Positions 20,701-30,657 of a stretch of 63,705 nucleotides of DNA are shown piece by piece. The notes under the pieces were generated by a model, which was not told the DNA's origin, searched no databases, and was given only the letters and a program-made list of their open reading frames with translations. Source of the stretch: Pirellulales bacterium (GTDB taxonomy: Bacteria; Planctomycetota; Planctomycetia; Pirellulales; UBA1268); contig JBGTGN010000227.1 in assembly GCA_041746715.1 (NCBI GenBank), positions 1 through 63,705 of the forward strand, written 5' to 3'. How positions within the stretch are numbered: the first letter of the stretch is position 1; each line of letters opens with the position of its first letter. Both the position numbers and the translations under genes were made by a program.

Positions 20701-22065
20701 TCAGTTCCGCTCCAGAAGGCCGCTGTAGTTTCGCATCACCAGATGGCTATCGATCTTCTGAACAAGGTCGAACACCACGCTCACGGCAATGAGCAGACCG
20801 GTTCCGCCATAGAAACTGGCGGCCTGGTAGGGAATGCCCAAAAATCCAGCTGCGACCGTGGGGATAACCGCCACGAGTGCCAGGAAGCCGGCGCCAACAT
20901 AGGTGATCCGCTCCATGACCCGCTCGAGGTAGTCGGCGGTCCGCTTGCCGGGCCGGTAGCCCGGAATAAAAGCCCCAAAATTCTTGAGGTTGTCAGCCAT
21001 CTCCTTCGGGTTGAATGTGATGGCGGTCCAGAAATAGCAGAAGAAGTAGATGAGAGCGATGTAGAGAACGTTGTAGAGATAGGACTGCCCACGCGTGAAC
21101 GACTCCGCGAGCGATTGGAGCACGCTACTTTCGGGAAAACTCTTGACCAGGTAACTAAACAAAAACTGCGGGAAGAGCAAAAGCGAACTTGCAAAGATGA
21201 TCGGCATGACACCGGCCTGATTGACCCGCAGTGGCAGATATTGCCGGGTACCGCCGTAGACGCGGCGGCCCCGAACGTGCTTGGCGCTCTGGGTAGGAAT
21301 TCGCCGTTGCCCCTGGGTCATGAAGACCACGCCCGCGACGACACCAATGAATAGGGCGACCAAGACCGGAATCATCTCGACACCGAGCTTGCCGGTGCCG
21401 GCTCCGCCGCCGACTTCCCAGGAGGTCGCGCCGGCGAGTTCGAGAAGCGCCCCGGGCATGCCGGCGAGGATGCCGGCCATGATGAGGAGGCTGATGCCGT
21501 TTCCGATGCCAAACTCGTCGATCTGCTCACCGAGCCACATCAGAAAGACGGTGCCGGCGGTCATCGTCATCACGGCGACAAACTGCCATAGAAACGGAAG
21601 GCGTCCATCCACCAGAAACCCCGACTGGATCAGGGACTGCTCGCGACCCGGATTCGCGAGGAAGGCGACGTAGACCCAGCTCTGCACGATGCAAATGATG
21701 ACCGTGGCATACCGGGTGTACTCGTTGATTTTCTTGCGCCCCGCCTCGCCTTCCTTCTGAAGTCGCTCGAGGGGCGGCCACACCGTGCCCAACAACTGGA
21801 AGATGATTGAGGCCGAGATGTAGGGCATGATACCCAGTCCGAAAATCGTGGCCTGCGAAAGCTGGCTCGCGGAAAACACGGCCACCGTGCGGAGCAATTC
21901 CCCGACCCCGCCTGTCTGCTTGGCAAAGGCCGACATCGCCTCGGCGTCAACGATCGGAAGGGGCACCTGCCAACCGACTCGGTAAATAGCCAACAGCCCG
22001 AGTGTGAGCAGAATCTTCTGCCGCAACTCCGGAATGGAAAAAACAACGCGGATCTTTTCGAGCAC
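20701..22065 (-). CDS. secY: Preprotein translocase subunit SecY
   Basis: GTG 22065 with GAGGAG 9 nt upstream gives (M)LEKIRVVFSIPELRQKILLTLGLLAIYRVG..., 454 aa with 10 TM helices. The track ORF start at 22194 would overlap rplO. Confidence 0.93.
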   Translation of the reverse strand: MLEKIRVVFSIPELRQKILLTLGLLAIYRVGWQVPLPIVDAEAMSAFAKQTGGVGELLRTVAVFSASQLSQATIFGLGIMPYISASIIFQLLGTVWPPLERLQKEGEAGRKKINEYTRYATVIICIVQSWVYVAFLANPGREQSLIQSGFLVDGRLPFLWQFVAVMTMTAGTVFLMWLGEQIDEFGIGNGISLLIMAGILAGMPGALLELAGATSWEVGGGAGTGKLGVEMIPVLVALFIGVVAGVVFMTQGQRRIPTQSAKHVRGRRVYGGTRQYLPLRVNQAGVMPIIFASSLLLFPQFLFSYLVKSFPESSVLQSLAESFTRGQSYLYNVLYIALIYFFCYFWTAITFNPKEMADNLKNFGAFIPGYRPGKRTADYLERVMERITYVGAGFLALVAVIPTVAAGFLGIPYQAASFYGGTGLLIAVSVVFDLVQKIDSHLVMRNYSGLLERN

Positions 22066-22108
22066 GGAACTGAACTCCTCGGGATGAGCGACTCGCGGCC
22101 CGCATACC

Positions 22109-22615
22109 CTATACGGCAGCAGGCTTTTTCCGCGACGCCTTTCCGATCTTCCGCTCGAGCGGCGCCGGGCCGGGAAGCTCGGTAATCGTGCCACCGGCAG
22201 CTAGGATCTTCTCTTTTGCCTGAGCGCTGAAGTGGTGGGCTGAGACCTTCAAGGCCTTGGAAATCTCACCATTCCCGAGGATTTTGAGATCATCCCAGAT
22301 GCCCTTGAGCACACCAGACGCACGCAGCGTGTCGGGAGAAACCTCACTGCCTGCCTCGCACACTGCGTCGAGCTGGCTGACATTGATGCTCTTGACGGTG
22401 CGGGCGAAAGCGTTGTGGAACCCTCGCTTCGGGATCCGCCGGATAAGCGGCTGTCGCCCCCCTTCAAAGATTCCAGCCGCCGACCACCCCGCAAGCTGGC
22501 CCTGCCCTTTGTCGCCGCGACCAGCCGTGCAGCCGCGCCCCGAGCCGGGTCCACGGCCCACGCGAAGCCGCTTGCGGTTCTTGTGAATGCCCTTGTTAAC
22601 GTCATTGAGTTTCAT
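22109..22615 (-). CDS. rplO: 50S ribosomal protein L15
   Basis: MKLNDVNKGIHKNRKRLRVGRGPGSGRGCTAGRGDKGQ..., 168 aa, immediately upstream of secY. Confidence 0.93.
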   Translation of the reverse strand: MKLNDVNKGIHKNRKRLRVGRGPGSGRGCTAGRGDKGQGQLAGWSAAGIFEGGRQPLIRRIPKRGFHNAFARTVKSINVSQLDAVCEAGSEVSPDTLRASGVLKGIWDDLKILGNGEISKALKVSAHHFSAQAKEKILAAGGTITELPGPAPLERKIGKASRKKPAAV

Positions 22616-22661
22616 GGTCGGAATTCCGTCAGTGGTTGAATGCCTTCGGGTGACGCGTGGC

Positions 22662-23150
22662 CTAAAGAGTCACGCCGCGGAGCCGTTCAGTCTCGTCTTT
22701 GGTCCGGAGTTGCTTGAGCCCCTCGAGTGCGGCCTTCACGATGTTCACGGGGTTTGTCGAACCATGGGCCTTCGTGAGAACGTCATGGATACCCGCTGAT
22801 TCACAGACGGCTCGAACCGCCGCCCCCGCGATAATGCCGGTGCCCGGGCTGGCTGGCAGCATGATGACGCGTGCCGTCTCGTAAACGCCCTCGACTCGAT
22901 GCGGAATCGTCCCCGATTCGACCGGTACTTCGATCAGGTTCTTCATGCCGTCCTTGATCGCTTTCTCGACGGCCGGAGGAACTTCATTGGCCTTGCCATA
23001 GCCACAGCCCACCTTCCCCCTGCCGTTGCCAACGACGACCAGGCCGGCAAAGCTGAAACGACGCCCACCTTTCACCACGGTGGCGCACCGTCGCACTTTG
23101 ACGACTTTCTCGACGAATTCGCCGGTCCTGGAATCTTTGCCGGTGGACAC
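22662..23150 (-). CDS. rpsE: 30S ribosomal protein S5
   Basis: GTG start. VVKVRRCATVVKGGRRFSFAGLVVVGNGRGKVGCGYGKANEVPPAV..., 162 aa. Confidence 0.93.
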   Translation of the reverse strand: MSTGKDSRTGEFVEKVVKVRRCATVVKGGRRFSFAGLVVVGNGRGKVGCGYGKANEVPPAVEKAIKDGMKNLIEVPVESGTIPHRVEGVYETARVIMLPASPGTGIIAGAAVRAVCESAGIHDVLTKAHGSTNPVNIVKAALEGLKQLRTKDETERLRGVTL

Positions 23151-23231
23151 GGGATGGGGTTCTCCTGACGAAGCGAAATGGGGTTGGGAAGCGAGACGTT
23201 GAACGTTTGAAAATGTGGCGTGACTCAGGCC

Positions 23232-23600
23232 TTAGAACTCGAGGCCAGCGGACCGGGCTGCATCGGCGAGGGCTGCGACCCGGCCGTGGTACTTATAGCT
23301 TCCTCGATCGAGACAAACCTTCGTGACGCCCGCTGCTTTTGCCCGCTCGGCGACCATCCGACCGATCGCTTCAGCGGCCTGCTTGTTGCCGCCGAATTCA
23401 ATCGATCCGCGAATCTCACGATCGACCGAACTGGCGGAGGCGAGCGTATGCCCCGCCGAATCGTCGATCACCTGAGCATAGATATGCTTGCCGGTGCGAA
23501 ACACCGCGAGCCGTGGACGCTCAGCGGTTCCAAGAAGCGGCTTGCGAACGCGGCGCCGACGGCGAAGACGCTGGCGAAAAATCGTACGGGAGTGATTCAT
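23232..23600 (-). CDS. rplR: 50S ribosomal protein L18
   Basis: ATG 23600 gives [44 protein letters not shown]..., 122 aa. Confidence 0.92.
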   Translation of the reverse strand: MNHSRTIFRQRLRRRRRVRKPLLGTAERPRLAVFRTGKHIYAQVIDDSAGHTLASASSVDREIRGSIEFGGNKQAAEAIGRMVAERAKAAGVTKVCLDRGSYKYHGRVAALADAARSAGLEF

Positions 23601-23659
23601 GGTCGTGTGGGATTGAGGATATAGGATGCCTGGCGGTCTGGCCGCCAAATGTTGTGTGG

Positions 23660-24214
23660 CTACTTCGTGACTGCCTTGCCGGCCTTGCGACGGACCTGCT
23701 CGTTCTCATACCGAATGCCCTTGCCCTTGTAAGGCTCCGGCTTTCGGAGGGCGCGCACCTCGGCGGCAAACTGCCCAACGGCCTGTTTGTCGATGCCTTT
23801 GACCGACACATGCGTTTGATCAGGGCACGTGACGGTGAGGCCCTTCGGAATTGGAACCTGAAGCTCGTTGGCGAAACCGACTCGAAGCTGAAGAACATCC
23901 TTCTGGATCGCTGCCAGATACCCGACACCCACGATCTCGAGTTTCTTTTCGTATCCCTTCGCCACGCCTTCGACCATGTTGGCTGCCAGGGCGCGAGTCA
24001 GACCGTGCAGGGAGCGAGCGATTCGCCCATCGTCTGACCGTGTGACCATGATCAAGGCAGCCGACGCCGCTGATTCGTCGACCGTCACTGTGACGGCGGG
24101 GTGAACCGGATGCTCGAGCTTGCCAAGCGGACCCTCCACGACAAGCACGCCGCTCGTCACGGATGCCTTAACGCCTTTCGGAAGGGGCACTGGATTTTTA
24201 CCGATTCTCGACAT
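23660..24214 (-). CDS. rplF: 50S ribosomal protein L6
   Basis: [19 protein letters not shown]...[22 protein letters not shown], 184 aa. Confidence 0.95.
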   Translation of the reverse strand: MSRIGKNPVPLPKGVKASVTSGVLVVEGPLGKLEHPVHPAVTVTVDESAASAALIMVTRSDDGRIARSLHGLTRALAANMVEGVAKGYEKKLEIVGVGYLAAIQKDVLQLRVGFANELQVPIPKGLTVTCPDQTHVSVKGIDKQAVGQFAAEVRALRKPEPYKGKGIRYENEQVRRKAGKAVTK

Positions 24215-24233
24215 GAGTCATGACCTTTCGCAA

Positions 24234-24629
24234 CTACCAAAGCTCACAAAGCACTTCGCCGCCGAGCTTCTTCTGCCGGGCCTCGCGATCACTCACAACA
24301 CCACTCGAGGTCGAGAGGATTTGAATTCCAAGACCTCCGAGAACAGGCCTGAGCCTCGCGGAGCGACTGTACACCCGACGGCCAGGCGTACTGACCCGGC
24401 GAATATTGCGAATGAGTCGCTCACCGTTGGGGCCATATTTGAGCTCGAGTTGGATGTGTGGCACGGGGCCTGCCTCAACCTCCCGCCAGTCCCAAATAAA
24501 GCCCTCTCGCTTGAGGACCTCGGCGAGTCCACGTTTTACCTTCGACGTTGGTACATCCACGGTAGCCTTTTCAACCCGGACCGCATTGCGGATCCTGGTG
24601 AGCATGTCGGCGATGGGATCGGTCATCAT
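24234..24629 (-). CDS. rpsH: 30S ribosomal protein S8
   Basis: The internal ATGs at 24629 and 24626 give MMTDPIADMLTRIRNAVRV... (about 131 aa). The upstream part of the track ORF overlaps rpsN. Confidence 0.93.
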   Translation of the reverse strand: MMTDPIADMLTRIRNAVRVEKATVDVPTSKVKRGLAEVLKREGFIWDWREVEAGPVPHIQLELKYGPNGERLIRNIRRVSTPGRRVYSRSARLRPVLGGLGIQILSTSSGVVSDREARQKKLGGEVLCELW

Positions 24630-24661
24630 GTCAGCTGATTCCTCTTCTCTCGATTCTGGAT

Positions 24662-24847
24662 TTACCAGCTCGCCTTCTTCACGCCTGGAATGCATCCCGT
24701 ATCCGCGAGCTTGCGGAAACAAATTCGGCAGATGCCGAACTTGCGGTACACGGCCCGTGGCCGGCCACAGAGCATGCACCGACGAACGGTCCGTGTGGTG
24801 AACTTCGGAGGCCGCTTGGCGGCCGCGATCTTTGATTTACTTGCCAT
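24662..24847 (-). CDS. rpsN: 30S ribosomal protein S14, type Z (zinc-binding)
   Basis: 61 aa. [48 protein letters not shown]..., with two CxxC pairs. Confidence 0.95.
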   Translation of the reverse strand: MASKSKIAAAKRPPKFTTRTVRRCMLCGRPRAVYRKFGICRICFRKLADTGCIPGVKKASW

Positions 24848-24886
24848 GATTCGGTCGAATGCCTGCTCGTTCTCTGGTCCGCACCG

Positions 24887-25495
24887 CTACGCCGCGGCGT
24901 CCCCATCACCTAGCTTCTTGAGTGGCAGCCCCATGGCCACCAGAAACTCCTTCGCTTCGTCATTGGTCCGGGCCGACGTCACGAACGTGATGTTCATTCC
25001 CTGCGGACGTGTGAAGCGATCCGGATTGATTTCCGGAAACACCATCTGCTCAGAAAGCCCGAGGCTGTAATTGCCGTGCCCGTCGAACGCCGTGGACGAG
25101 AGCCCTCGGAAGTCGCGAACCCGAGGGAGCGCCACCGACACGAGCCGGTCGAAAAACTCGTACATCCGTCGCCCGCGAAGCGTGACCTTGCACCCGATCG
25201 CCAGATTTTCCCGAAGCTTGAAGCCCGCGACGGCCGCCTTGGAAAGCGTGGCGATGGGTTTCTGCCCGGCGATCTGGGCGAGGGCACCGAGCGCCTCATC
25301 GAGATACTTCTTTTCGGCCGTGGCCGCCCCCACACCCATGCTGATCACGATCTTCTCGAGCCGTGGAACGGCATGCGGATTCGTGCGACCAAGCACCGCT
25401 TCGAGGTGCGGCCGAACCGTTGATTCATAGTGCTCAAGAAGCCGCGGCGTCTCCGCCGGCTCCAAGGTCGCTACGGGTTTTGTCTTCTTTGCCAT
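24887..25495 (-). CDS. rplE: 50S ribosomal protein L5
   Basis: PRLEKIVISMGVG...RDFRGLSSTAFDGHGNYSLGLSEQMVFPEI, 202 aa. Confidence 0.95.
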   Translation of the reverse strand: MAKKTKPVATLEPAETPRLLEHYESTVRPHLEAVLGRTNPHAVPRLEKIVISMGVGAATAEKKYLDEALGALAQIAGQKPIATLSKAAVAGFKLRENLAIGCKVTLRGRRMYEFFDRLVSVALPRVRDFRGLSSTAFDGHGNYSLGLSEQMVFPEINPDRFTRPQGMNITFVTSARTNDEAKEFLVAMGLPLKKLGDGDAAA

Positions 25496-25546
25496 CTGTT
25501 CGATTCCTACCTACGTTTCTGGCTCATTGATTCGTCGTGGACCACC

Positions 25547-25912
25547 CTAGCCCGTTACTTTGGCGGCCGCCCGCGGACGCCGCAGGACACCATGCTCGGC
25601 GCCACACTTCTTGCAAAACCGAACCTTGGAGCCATCTGAATTGATTCGAGCGCCGAGTCGCGCAGCTTTGCCGCATGCCGAGCAGACAAACAGCACGTTG
25701 GATGCATCGATCGGCATCTCTTTGCTCAGGCGACCGCCCTGTTGGTTTTTCTGGCTCTTGCGAACGTGACGATAGACACGATTGACACCCTCGACGACGA
25801 CTCGATTGGCACCACCATCGGCCGCCGCAACATGGATAGACACCACCCGCGCCCGCGTTCCTCGGTCGTTTCCGGCCGTGACTTCAACAGTATCGCCCGA
25901 CTTGATCAGCAT
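25547..25912 (-). CDS. rplX: 50S ribosomal protein L24 with a C-terminal Cys4 motif
   Basis: ATG 25912 (the track start at 25915 is GTG). KOW region IKSGDTVEVTAGNDRGTRARV, then CSAC...(19 aa)...CKKC. Confidence 0.92.
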   Translation of the reverse strand: MLIKSGDTVEVTAGNDRGTRARVVSIHVAAADGGANRVVVEGVNRVYRHVRKSQKNQQGGRLSKEMPIDASNVLFVCSACGKAARLGARINSDGSKVRFCKKCGAEHGVLRRPRAAAKVTG

Positions 25913-26280
25913 CACACCACCTCGCTCGCCAGGCTGACGATTTTCATGAAGTTACGATCCCGCAGCTCACGCGCCACGGCCCCGAAAATTCGCGTGCCTT
26001 TGGGATTTTTTTCGTTGTCGATGATCACGCAGGCATTGGAGTCAAATCGCACGTAGCTGCCGTCCTCTCGCCTGGTCTCTTTCTTGCATCGCACGATGAC
26101 CGCCTTGACGACCGCCTTCTTCTTGACATCACTGCCAGGGATCACGCTTTTAACACTGCACACAATGATGTCGCCAAGGCCAGCGGTTCGCTTCTTGCTT
26201 CCGCCAAGCACCTTGAAGCACATCACTTCTTTCGCGCCGGTATTGTCCGCGACGGCAAGCCGCGTTTGCATTTGAATCAT
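25912..26280 (-). CDS. rplN: 50S ribosomal protein L14
   Basis: [31 protein letters not shown]..., 122 aa. Confidence 0.96.
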   Translation of the reverse strand: MIQMQTRLAVADNTGAKEVMCFKVLGGSKKRTAGLGDIIVCSVKSVIPGSDVKKKAVVKAVIVRCKKETRREDGSYVRFDSNACVIIDNEKNPKGTRIFGAVARELRDRNFMKIVSLASEVV

Positions 26281-26663
26281 GTGGTCTGCCCTTCCGCGCT
26301 TCGGTCACTCGCGGCGGTCTTCTCGTCGCTGCCGGTGGCAGCAGCCTCTTCGGCCCGCGCCGCCGTCTCCCTGAGCTCCGTCGCCCTGGCACCACTTCGA
26401 AGCGACGCCAGATCGACTGCCGTACTCTTCGCCACCACCCGCACGAGCTCCCACCGCTTTGTTTTGCTTCGTGGACGACACTCGATGATCTCCACCAGGT
26501 CACCCGGCGCCGACTCATTCGCCTCGTCATGAACGTGACACACCGTCCGTCGGTGGAGGATTCGCCCATACTTGGGGTCGCGAACAATGCGCGGAATCTC
26601 CACCCGTCGCGTTTTTTGGGCGGCGGCACTTGTCACGGTTCCTGTCTCGACTCGCTTGGGCAT
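26277..26663 (-). CDS. rpsQ: 30S ribosomal protein S17 (C-terminally extended)
   Basis: [31 protein letters not shown]...[21 protein letters not shown] plus an Ala/Glu-rich tail of about 45 aa. ATGA overlap with rplN. Confidence 0.93.
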   Translation of the reverse strand: MPKRVETGTVTSAAAQKTRRVEIPRIVRDPKYGRILHRRTVCHVHDEANESAPGDLVEIIECRPRSKTKRWELVRVVAKSTAVDLASLRSGARATELRETAARAEEAAATGSDEKTAASDRSAEGQTT

Positions 26664-26711
26664 CGTCTCGTTTCCTGTACGTGTTCGATTGTCGTGCGGT
26701 GTTCTGCGTGC

Positions 26712-26930
26712 CTACGCCGTGGCCCCGCCTGCGATGACAGAGGCCGCTCGTTCGGCCAGGATGGTCTGGCACCGGGCGATGGTCTTACGGTGCTTTCGCA
26801 TCTCCGAGGGCGCTGCGAGCTTTTCCGTCTGGGACTGGATCCGCAGACGAAAAAGCGATTCCGACGCGTCTTTCCAGACGAGCCGGATCTGGTCGTCTGC
26901 CATCTCTCTGATTTCCTTCGCCTTATTCAT
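26712..26930 (-). CDS. rpmC: 50S ribosomal protein L29
   Basis: 72 aa. MNKAKEIREMADDQIRLVWKDASESLFRLRIQSQTEKL... Confidence 0.9.
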   Translation of the reverse strand: MNKAKEIREMADDQIRLVWKDASESLFRLRIQSQTEKLAAPSEMRKHRKTIARCQTILAERAASVIAGGATA

Positions 26931-26981
26931 GATCGCTGCTCACTCTCGACGTATCCGTCGACCTTCTGTTTCCGTGACGAT

Positions 26982-27398
26982 TCACATCACCCGTCGTTTC
27001 ACAAATCGCACCCGAATCGGCATCTTGTGCGCAAGGCGAGCCATGCACACGCGAGCGGCTTCCTCCGGCACACCACCGATCTCGTAAAGCACCATGCCAG
27101 GCTTCACCACAGCCGCCCAAAAGTCAGGCTCTCCCTTGCCCTTGCCCATGCGGGTCTCGAGCGGGATCGACGTGACCGACTTGTGCGGAAAGGCGCGGAC
27201 GTAGAGCCTGCCTTCCGTGCGAAGGTACTGCTGGGCCGCGATACGGCCAGCCTCGATAGTCGCCGCGGGGAGCCATCCCGGCTGCTCGGCCTGAAGGCCG
27301 AAGTCGCCGAAGACAACGCGATTCCCGCGAGAGGCATCACCTCTTATACGACCTCTTTGGCTTTTTCGGTGCTTCACCCGCTTGGGCATCAGCGCCAT
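26982..27398 (-). CDS. rplP: 50S ribosomal protein L16
   Basis: [20 protein letters not shown]... Three in-frame ATGs lie at 27404, 27398 and 27389. GAGGAGG sits 6 nt before 27398 and abuts 27404, so I prefer 27398. It overlaps the 3' end of rpsC. Confidence 0.93.
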   Translation of the reverse strand: MALMPKRVKHRKSQRGRIRGDASRGNRVVFGDFGLQAEQPGWLPAATIEAGRIAAQQYLRTEGRLYVRAFPHKSVTSIPLETRMGKGKGEPDFWAAVVKPGMVLYEIGGVPEEAARVCMARLAHKMPIRVRFVKRRVM

Positions 27399-28032
27399 CG
27401 CCATCCTCCTCGTACATGCCTTGGTTCACCCAAACCTGAATTCCAATATTGCCCTGCGGGGTGGGTGCCTCGCAGAATCCGTAATCGATCTTGGCCCGGA
27501 GCGTCGAAAGCGGCATCGCGCCTGCGATCGCCTTCTCGCATCGTGACATCTCGGCCCCGCCGAGCCGGCCCGAAAGCTGAATCTTCACGCCTTTCGCACC
27601 CGCATCCATGGTGGTATCGAGCGCTCGCTTGAGGGTCCGGCGAAAGGCGGCCCGCTTTGAGAGCTGATCGGCAATGTCTTCAGACACGAGCTGAGCCTGA
27701 ATCTCCGGACGCGACACCTCTTCAACCTTGAGATTCACACGACGCCCGAGCAGCTCCTGGAGCTCGTCTTGAAGACGATCCACATCCTGGCCTTTCCGGC
27801 CAATGACTACACCGGGCCTCGCGGAATGGAGAATCACCTTGACTTCATCTCGTGTTCGCTCGATCTCGACCTTTGCGATCGCGGCAGCGCGATACTTTGT
27901 CTTGAGAAATTTCCGCACCTTGAAATCTTCGAGAAGGAGATCACGAAACTCCTTCTTCGTCGCGTACCAACGGCTTCTCCACGGCTCGGTGATGCCCGTG
28001 CGGAATCCGGTGGGATGAACTTTTTGACCCAT
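27337..28032 (-). CDS. rpsC: 30S ribosomal protein S3
   Basis: MGQKVHPTGFRTGITEPWRSRWYA..., with KH and S3-C domains, 231 aa. The stop TGA was read at 27337-27339. Confidence 0.95.
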   Translation of the reverse strand: MGQKVHPTGFRTGITEPWRSRWYATKKEFRDLLLEDFKVRKFLKTKYRAAAIAKVEIERTRDEVKVILHSARPGVVIGRKGQDVDRLQDELQELLGRRVNLKVEEVSRPEIQAQLVSEDIADQLSKRAAFRRTLKRALDTTMDAGAKGVKIQLSGRLGGAEMSRCEKAIAGAMPLSTLRAKIDYGFCEAPTPQGNIGIQVWVNQGMYEEDGDGADAQAGEAPKKPKRSYKR

Positions 28033-28043
28033 GGTCTCTGCCC

Positions 28044-28400
28044 TTACTTCGCGCTGACACCCGCCACAGGGGCGGAGTCGAGCGCGACCTTGATGTGCGA
28101 CATGCGTCGCTTGATTCCAAACGCCATTCCACGAGCCCGCGGGCGAATCCGCTTGAACATCGGCCCCGGGTCAATTCGAGCATCAACGACGACGAGATCG
28201 TCAATCCCAGACGCCTGACGGTTCTCGGCATTGCCGAGAGCGCTCTTGATCACCTTCTCAAGCATCCGAGCTCCACGGTGAGGCTGGAAGCGGAGAATAT
28301 CGAGCGCCTCATCGGCGAACTTGCCGCGAACGAGATCGGCCAGTGCCCGCACTTTGCGAGGACTGATCCGAGCGTACTTATGTGTTGCTGTGTAAGACAT
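28044..28400 (-). CDS. rplV: 50S ribosomal protein L22
   Basis: ARISPRKVRALADLVRGKFADEALDILRFQPHRGA..., 118 aa. Confidence 0.95.
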   Translation of the reverse strand: MSYTATHKYARISPRKVRALADLVRGKFADEALDILRFQPHRGARMLEKVIKSALGNAENRQASGIDDLVVVDARIDPGPMFKRIRPRARGMAFGIKRRMSHIKVALDSAPVAGVSAK

Positions 28401-28428
28401 GCTTGCTCACCTACTCGGGATGACGTCC

Positions 28429-28698
28429 CTAACCCTTCGCCTTGCCACCGTGCCCGCGGAAGGTCCGCGTGGGAGAAAACTCACCGAGCTTGTGGCCCAC
28501 CATGTCTTCCGTCACGAAGACCTTGAGATGCTGCTTGCCGTTGTGAACCATGAAGGTGAGCCCGACAAACTCAGGCACGATCGTGCATGATCGTGCCCAG
28601 GTTTTAATGGGGTCACGACGCCCGCTTGAAAGCTGCCCCTCAACCTTCTCAAAAAGGCGGGGATCAACGAACGGTCCTTTTTTGGCGCTACGCCCCAT
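28429..28698 (-). CDS. rpsS: 30S ribosomal protein S19
   Basis: [19 protein letters not shown]...[33 protein letters not shown], 89 aa. Confidence 0.96.
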   Translation of the reverse strand: MGRSAKKGPFVDPRLFEKVEGQLSSGRRDPIKTWARSCTIVPEFVGLTFMVHNGKQHLKVFVTEDMVGHKLGEFSPTRTFRGHGGKAKG

Positions 28699-28704
28699 AA
28701 CAAA

Positions 28705-29562
28705 TTACCTCAGCTTCAATTGGCCGTAACGACGGCTCTTGCGGCGACGAACGATGGATGCACCCGATGGCTTCCGAGGCTTTCGGGTTCCACCCCCCTT
28801 GGCACTCTTGCCCGTCGGGCTGACCGGATGCCGACCACCCTTGGTCTTGCCTTCACCACCACCGTGCGGATGATCGATCGGATTCATGGCCGTGCCACGA
28901 ACGTGCGGACGAATGCCAAGCCATCGTGAACGACCAGCCTTGCCGAGCCGGATATTCATGTGCTCGGAATTGCCAATCGCCCCGACCGTCGCCCGACAAT
29001 CCGCAGGCACGCGACGAACCTCGCCCGAGGGAAGCGAGAGCTGGGCCCACCCTGCCTCGCGAGCAAGCAGAGTCGCTGACGCACCGGCAGAACGGCACAT
29101 TCGCCCACCGCGCCCCGCCTGCATCTCGACATTGTGAACCTGCGAGCTGAGTGGAATCGCCGACAGCGGGAGGCAATTTCCAACCTCAGGCGCCGCAGCC
29201 TCGCCACTCATGACGATACGGCCAACAGCAAGCCCATCGGGGGCAAGAATGAATCGCTTCTCACCGTCGGCGTAGTGAATGAGCGCCACGCGACAGGTGC
29301 GATTCGGATCATACTGAATCGAATCAACCTTCCCCGGCACGCCATCCTTGTTGCGACGGAAATCAATCAACCGGTAGTGCTGCTTATGACCACCGCCGCG
29401 ATGGCGGGCCGTGATCTTACCCTGGTTGTTGCGGCCACCGTTCTTCTGCTTGCGGACTCGCAGCCCCTTCGGCACCGCGGCACCTGGCGTGAGATCGGCA
29501 AAGTCGGAGACGCTCGCGTTGCGGCGGCCTGCACTGGTCGGCTTGTAAGTTCGGATGCCCAT
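28705..29562 (-). CDS. rplB: 50S ribosomal protein L2
   Basis: [15 protein letters not shown]...[22 protein letters not shown]...[10 protein letters not shown], 285 aa. Confidence 0.97.
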   Translation of the reverse strand: MGIRTYKPTSAGRRNASVSDFADLTPGAAVPKGLRVRKQKNGGRNNQGKITARHRGGGHKQHYRLIDFRRNKDGVPGKVDSIQYDPNRTCRVALIHYADGEKRFILAPDGLAVGRIVMSGEAAAPEVGNCLPLSAIPLSSQVHNVEMQAGRGGRMCRSAGASATLLAREAGWAQLSLPSGEVRRVPADCRATVGAIGNSEHMNIRLGKAGRSRWLGIRPHVRGTAMNPIDHPHGGGEGKTKGGRHPVSPTGKSAKGGGTRKPRKPSGASIVRRRKSRRYGQLKLR

Positions 29563-29604
29563 CGTTTCAGCTCATGAAATACGTGTGACGTTGGCTCGCT
29601 CGGC

Positions 29605-29925
29605 TCAGAACAGATTGATCTTGGAATCGGGGGCCAGGTACACAACCGCCTTCTTCCATGGCTTCGTCACGATTTTTCGGGTCCGCCCGCGACGAACCTT
29701 CCCGCGACGATTCTGAACAGCAACCTTCTCGACCTTGACACTGAACAGCTCTTCAACAGCCCGACGAATGTCTGCCTTGGTTGCCGCCGTCGCCACCTCG
29801 AATGAATAGGCGTTGTGGCGATTCGCTCGGTGCATTCCCTTCTCGGTCACGAGCGGCCGCACAATCACATGCGAGGGCTCAAGACGGGGATTCAACGCAG
29901 GGGCGGGAGGAACAGGCACAGCCAT
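29605..29925 (-). CDS. rplW: 50S ribosomal protein L23
   Basis: VIVRPLVTEKGMHRANRHNAYSFEVATAATKADIRRAVEELFSVKVEKV..., 106 aa. Confidence 0.93.
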   Translation of the reverse strand: MAVPVPPAPALNPRLEPSHVIVRPLVTEKGMHRANRHNAYSFEVATAATKADIRRAVEELFSVKVEKVAVQNRRGKVRRGRTRKIVTKPWKKAVVYLAPDSKINLF

Positions 29926-29928
29926 GGC

Positions 29929-30657
29929 TTACGTTGCCTCCTTCTGAGTCGCGGGCTTTCCGGCACGAGCAGGCTTGGCCCGAGCCGCAGACCGCCGAGC
30001 CGGCTTGGGAAGCTTGGAGTTCACGGCCCGAGCCGCCTTGGCCGACTCGCGAAACGCATCAAGCGCCCCTCGTGTCATGACAATCGCGCGGGGACGTAGA
30101 ATTGACCAAGCATTGAGCTCGGCAACTGGCGACACAGACACGCCAGCGATATTGCGGGCACTCTTCCAGAAGTTTGAATCGTGCTTCTCAGGCGAGACAA
30201 GCACCGTGGCTTCGCCAACCCCAAGGGCCTGGAGCATCTTCGCCACCGGACCCGTCTTCGGCCCGGCCACCGTGATGGCATCAACGAGCTTCACCTCGTC
30301 ATCGGTCAAGCGAGCCGCAAGCGCCATCCGGGCAGCCGACTGAAGCGCCTTGCGAGGCATTTTCCAGCCGAAGTCACGAGGACTCTTGGCGAAGATATGA
30401 CCGCCGCCACGACGCGTACCGCTTCGCCTTCCACCGGCACGAGCATTGCCCGTACCCTTCTGGCGGTAGAGCTTCTTGGTGGACCCAGCCACTTCGCCGC
30501 GAGTCTTGGTCTTTTGAGTTCCCTGACGAGCGTTGGCCTGATACATGACCACCGCATCATGGAGGAGTTGCTTGCTAATACGGGGAGCAAGCTCGGCGGG
30601 ATCAATCTCGTAACTGCCGACCTGCTTGCCAGCCATGTCATAGACGGCGAGATTCAT
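29929..30657 (-). CDS. rplD: 50S ribosomal protein L4 (Lys/Ala-rich C-terminal tail)
   Basis: QGTQKTKTRGEVAGSTKKLYRQKGTGNARAGGRRSGTRRGGGHIFA..., 242 aa. ATGA overlap with rplC. Confidence 0.95.
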   Translation of the reverse strand: MNLAVYDMAGKQVGSYEIDPAELAPRISKQLLHDAVVMYQANARQGTQKTKTRGEVAGSTKKLYRQKGTGNARAGGRRSGTRRGGGHIFAKSPRDFGWKMPRKALQSAARMALAARLTDDEVKLVDAITVAGPKTGPVAKMLQALGVGEATVLVSPEKHDSNFWKSARNIAGVSVSPVAELNAWSILRPRAIVMTRGALDAFRESAKAARAVNSKLPKPARRSAARAKPARAGKPATQKEAT

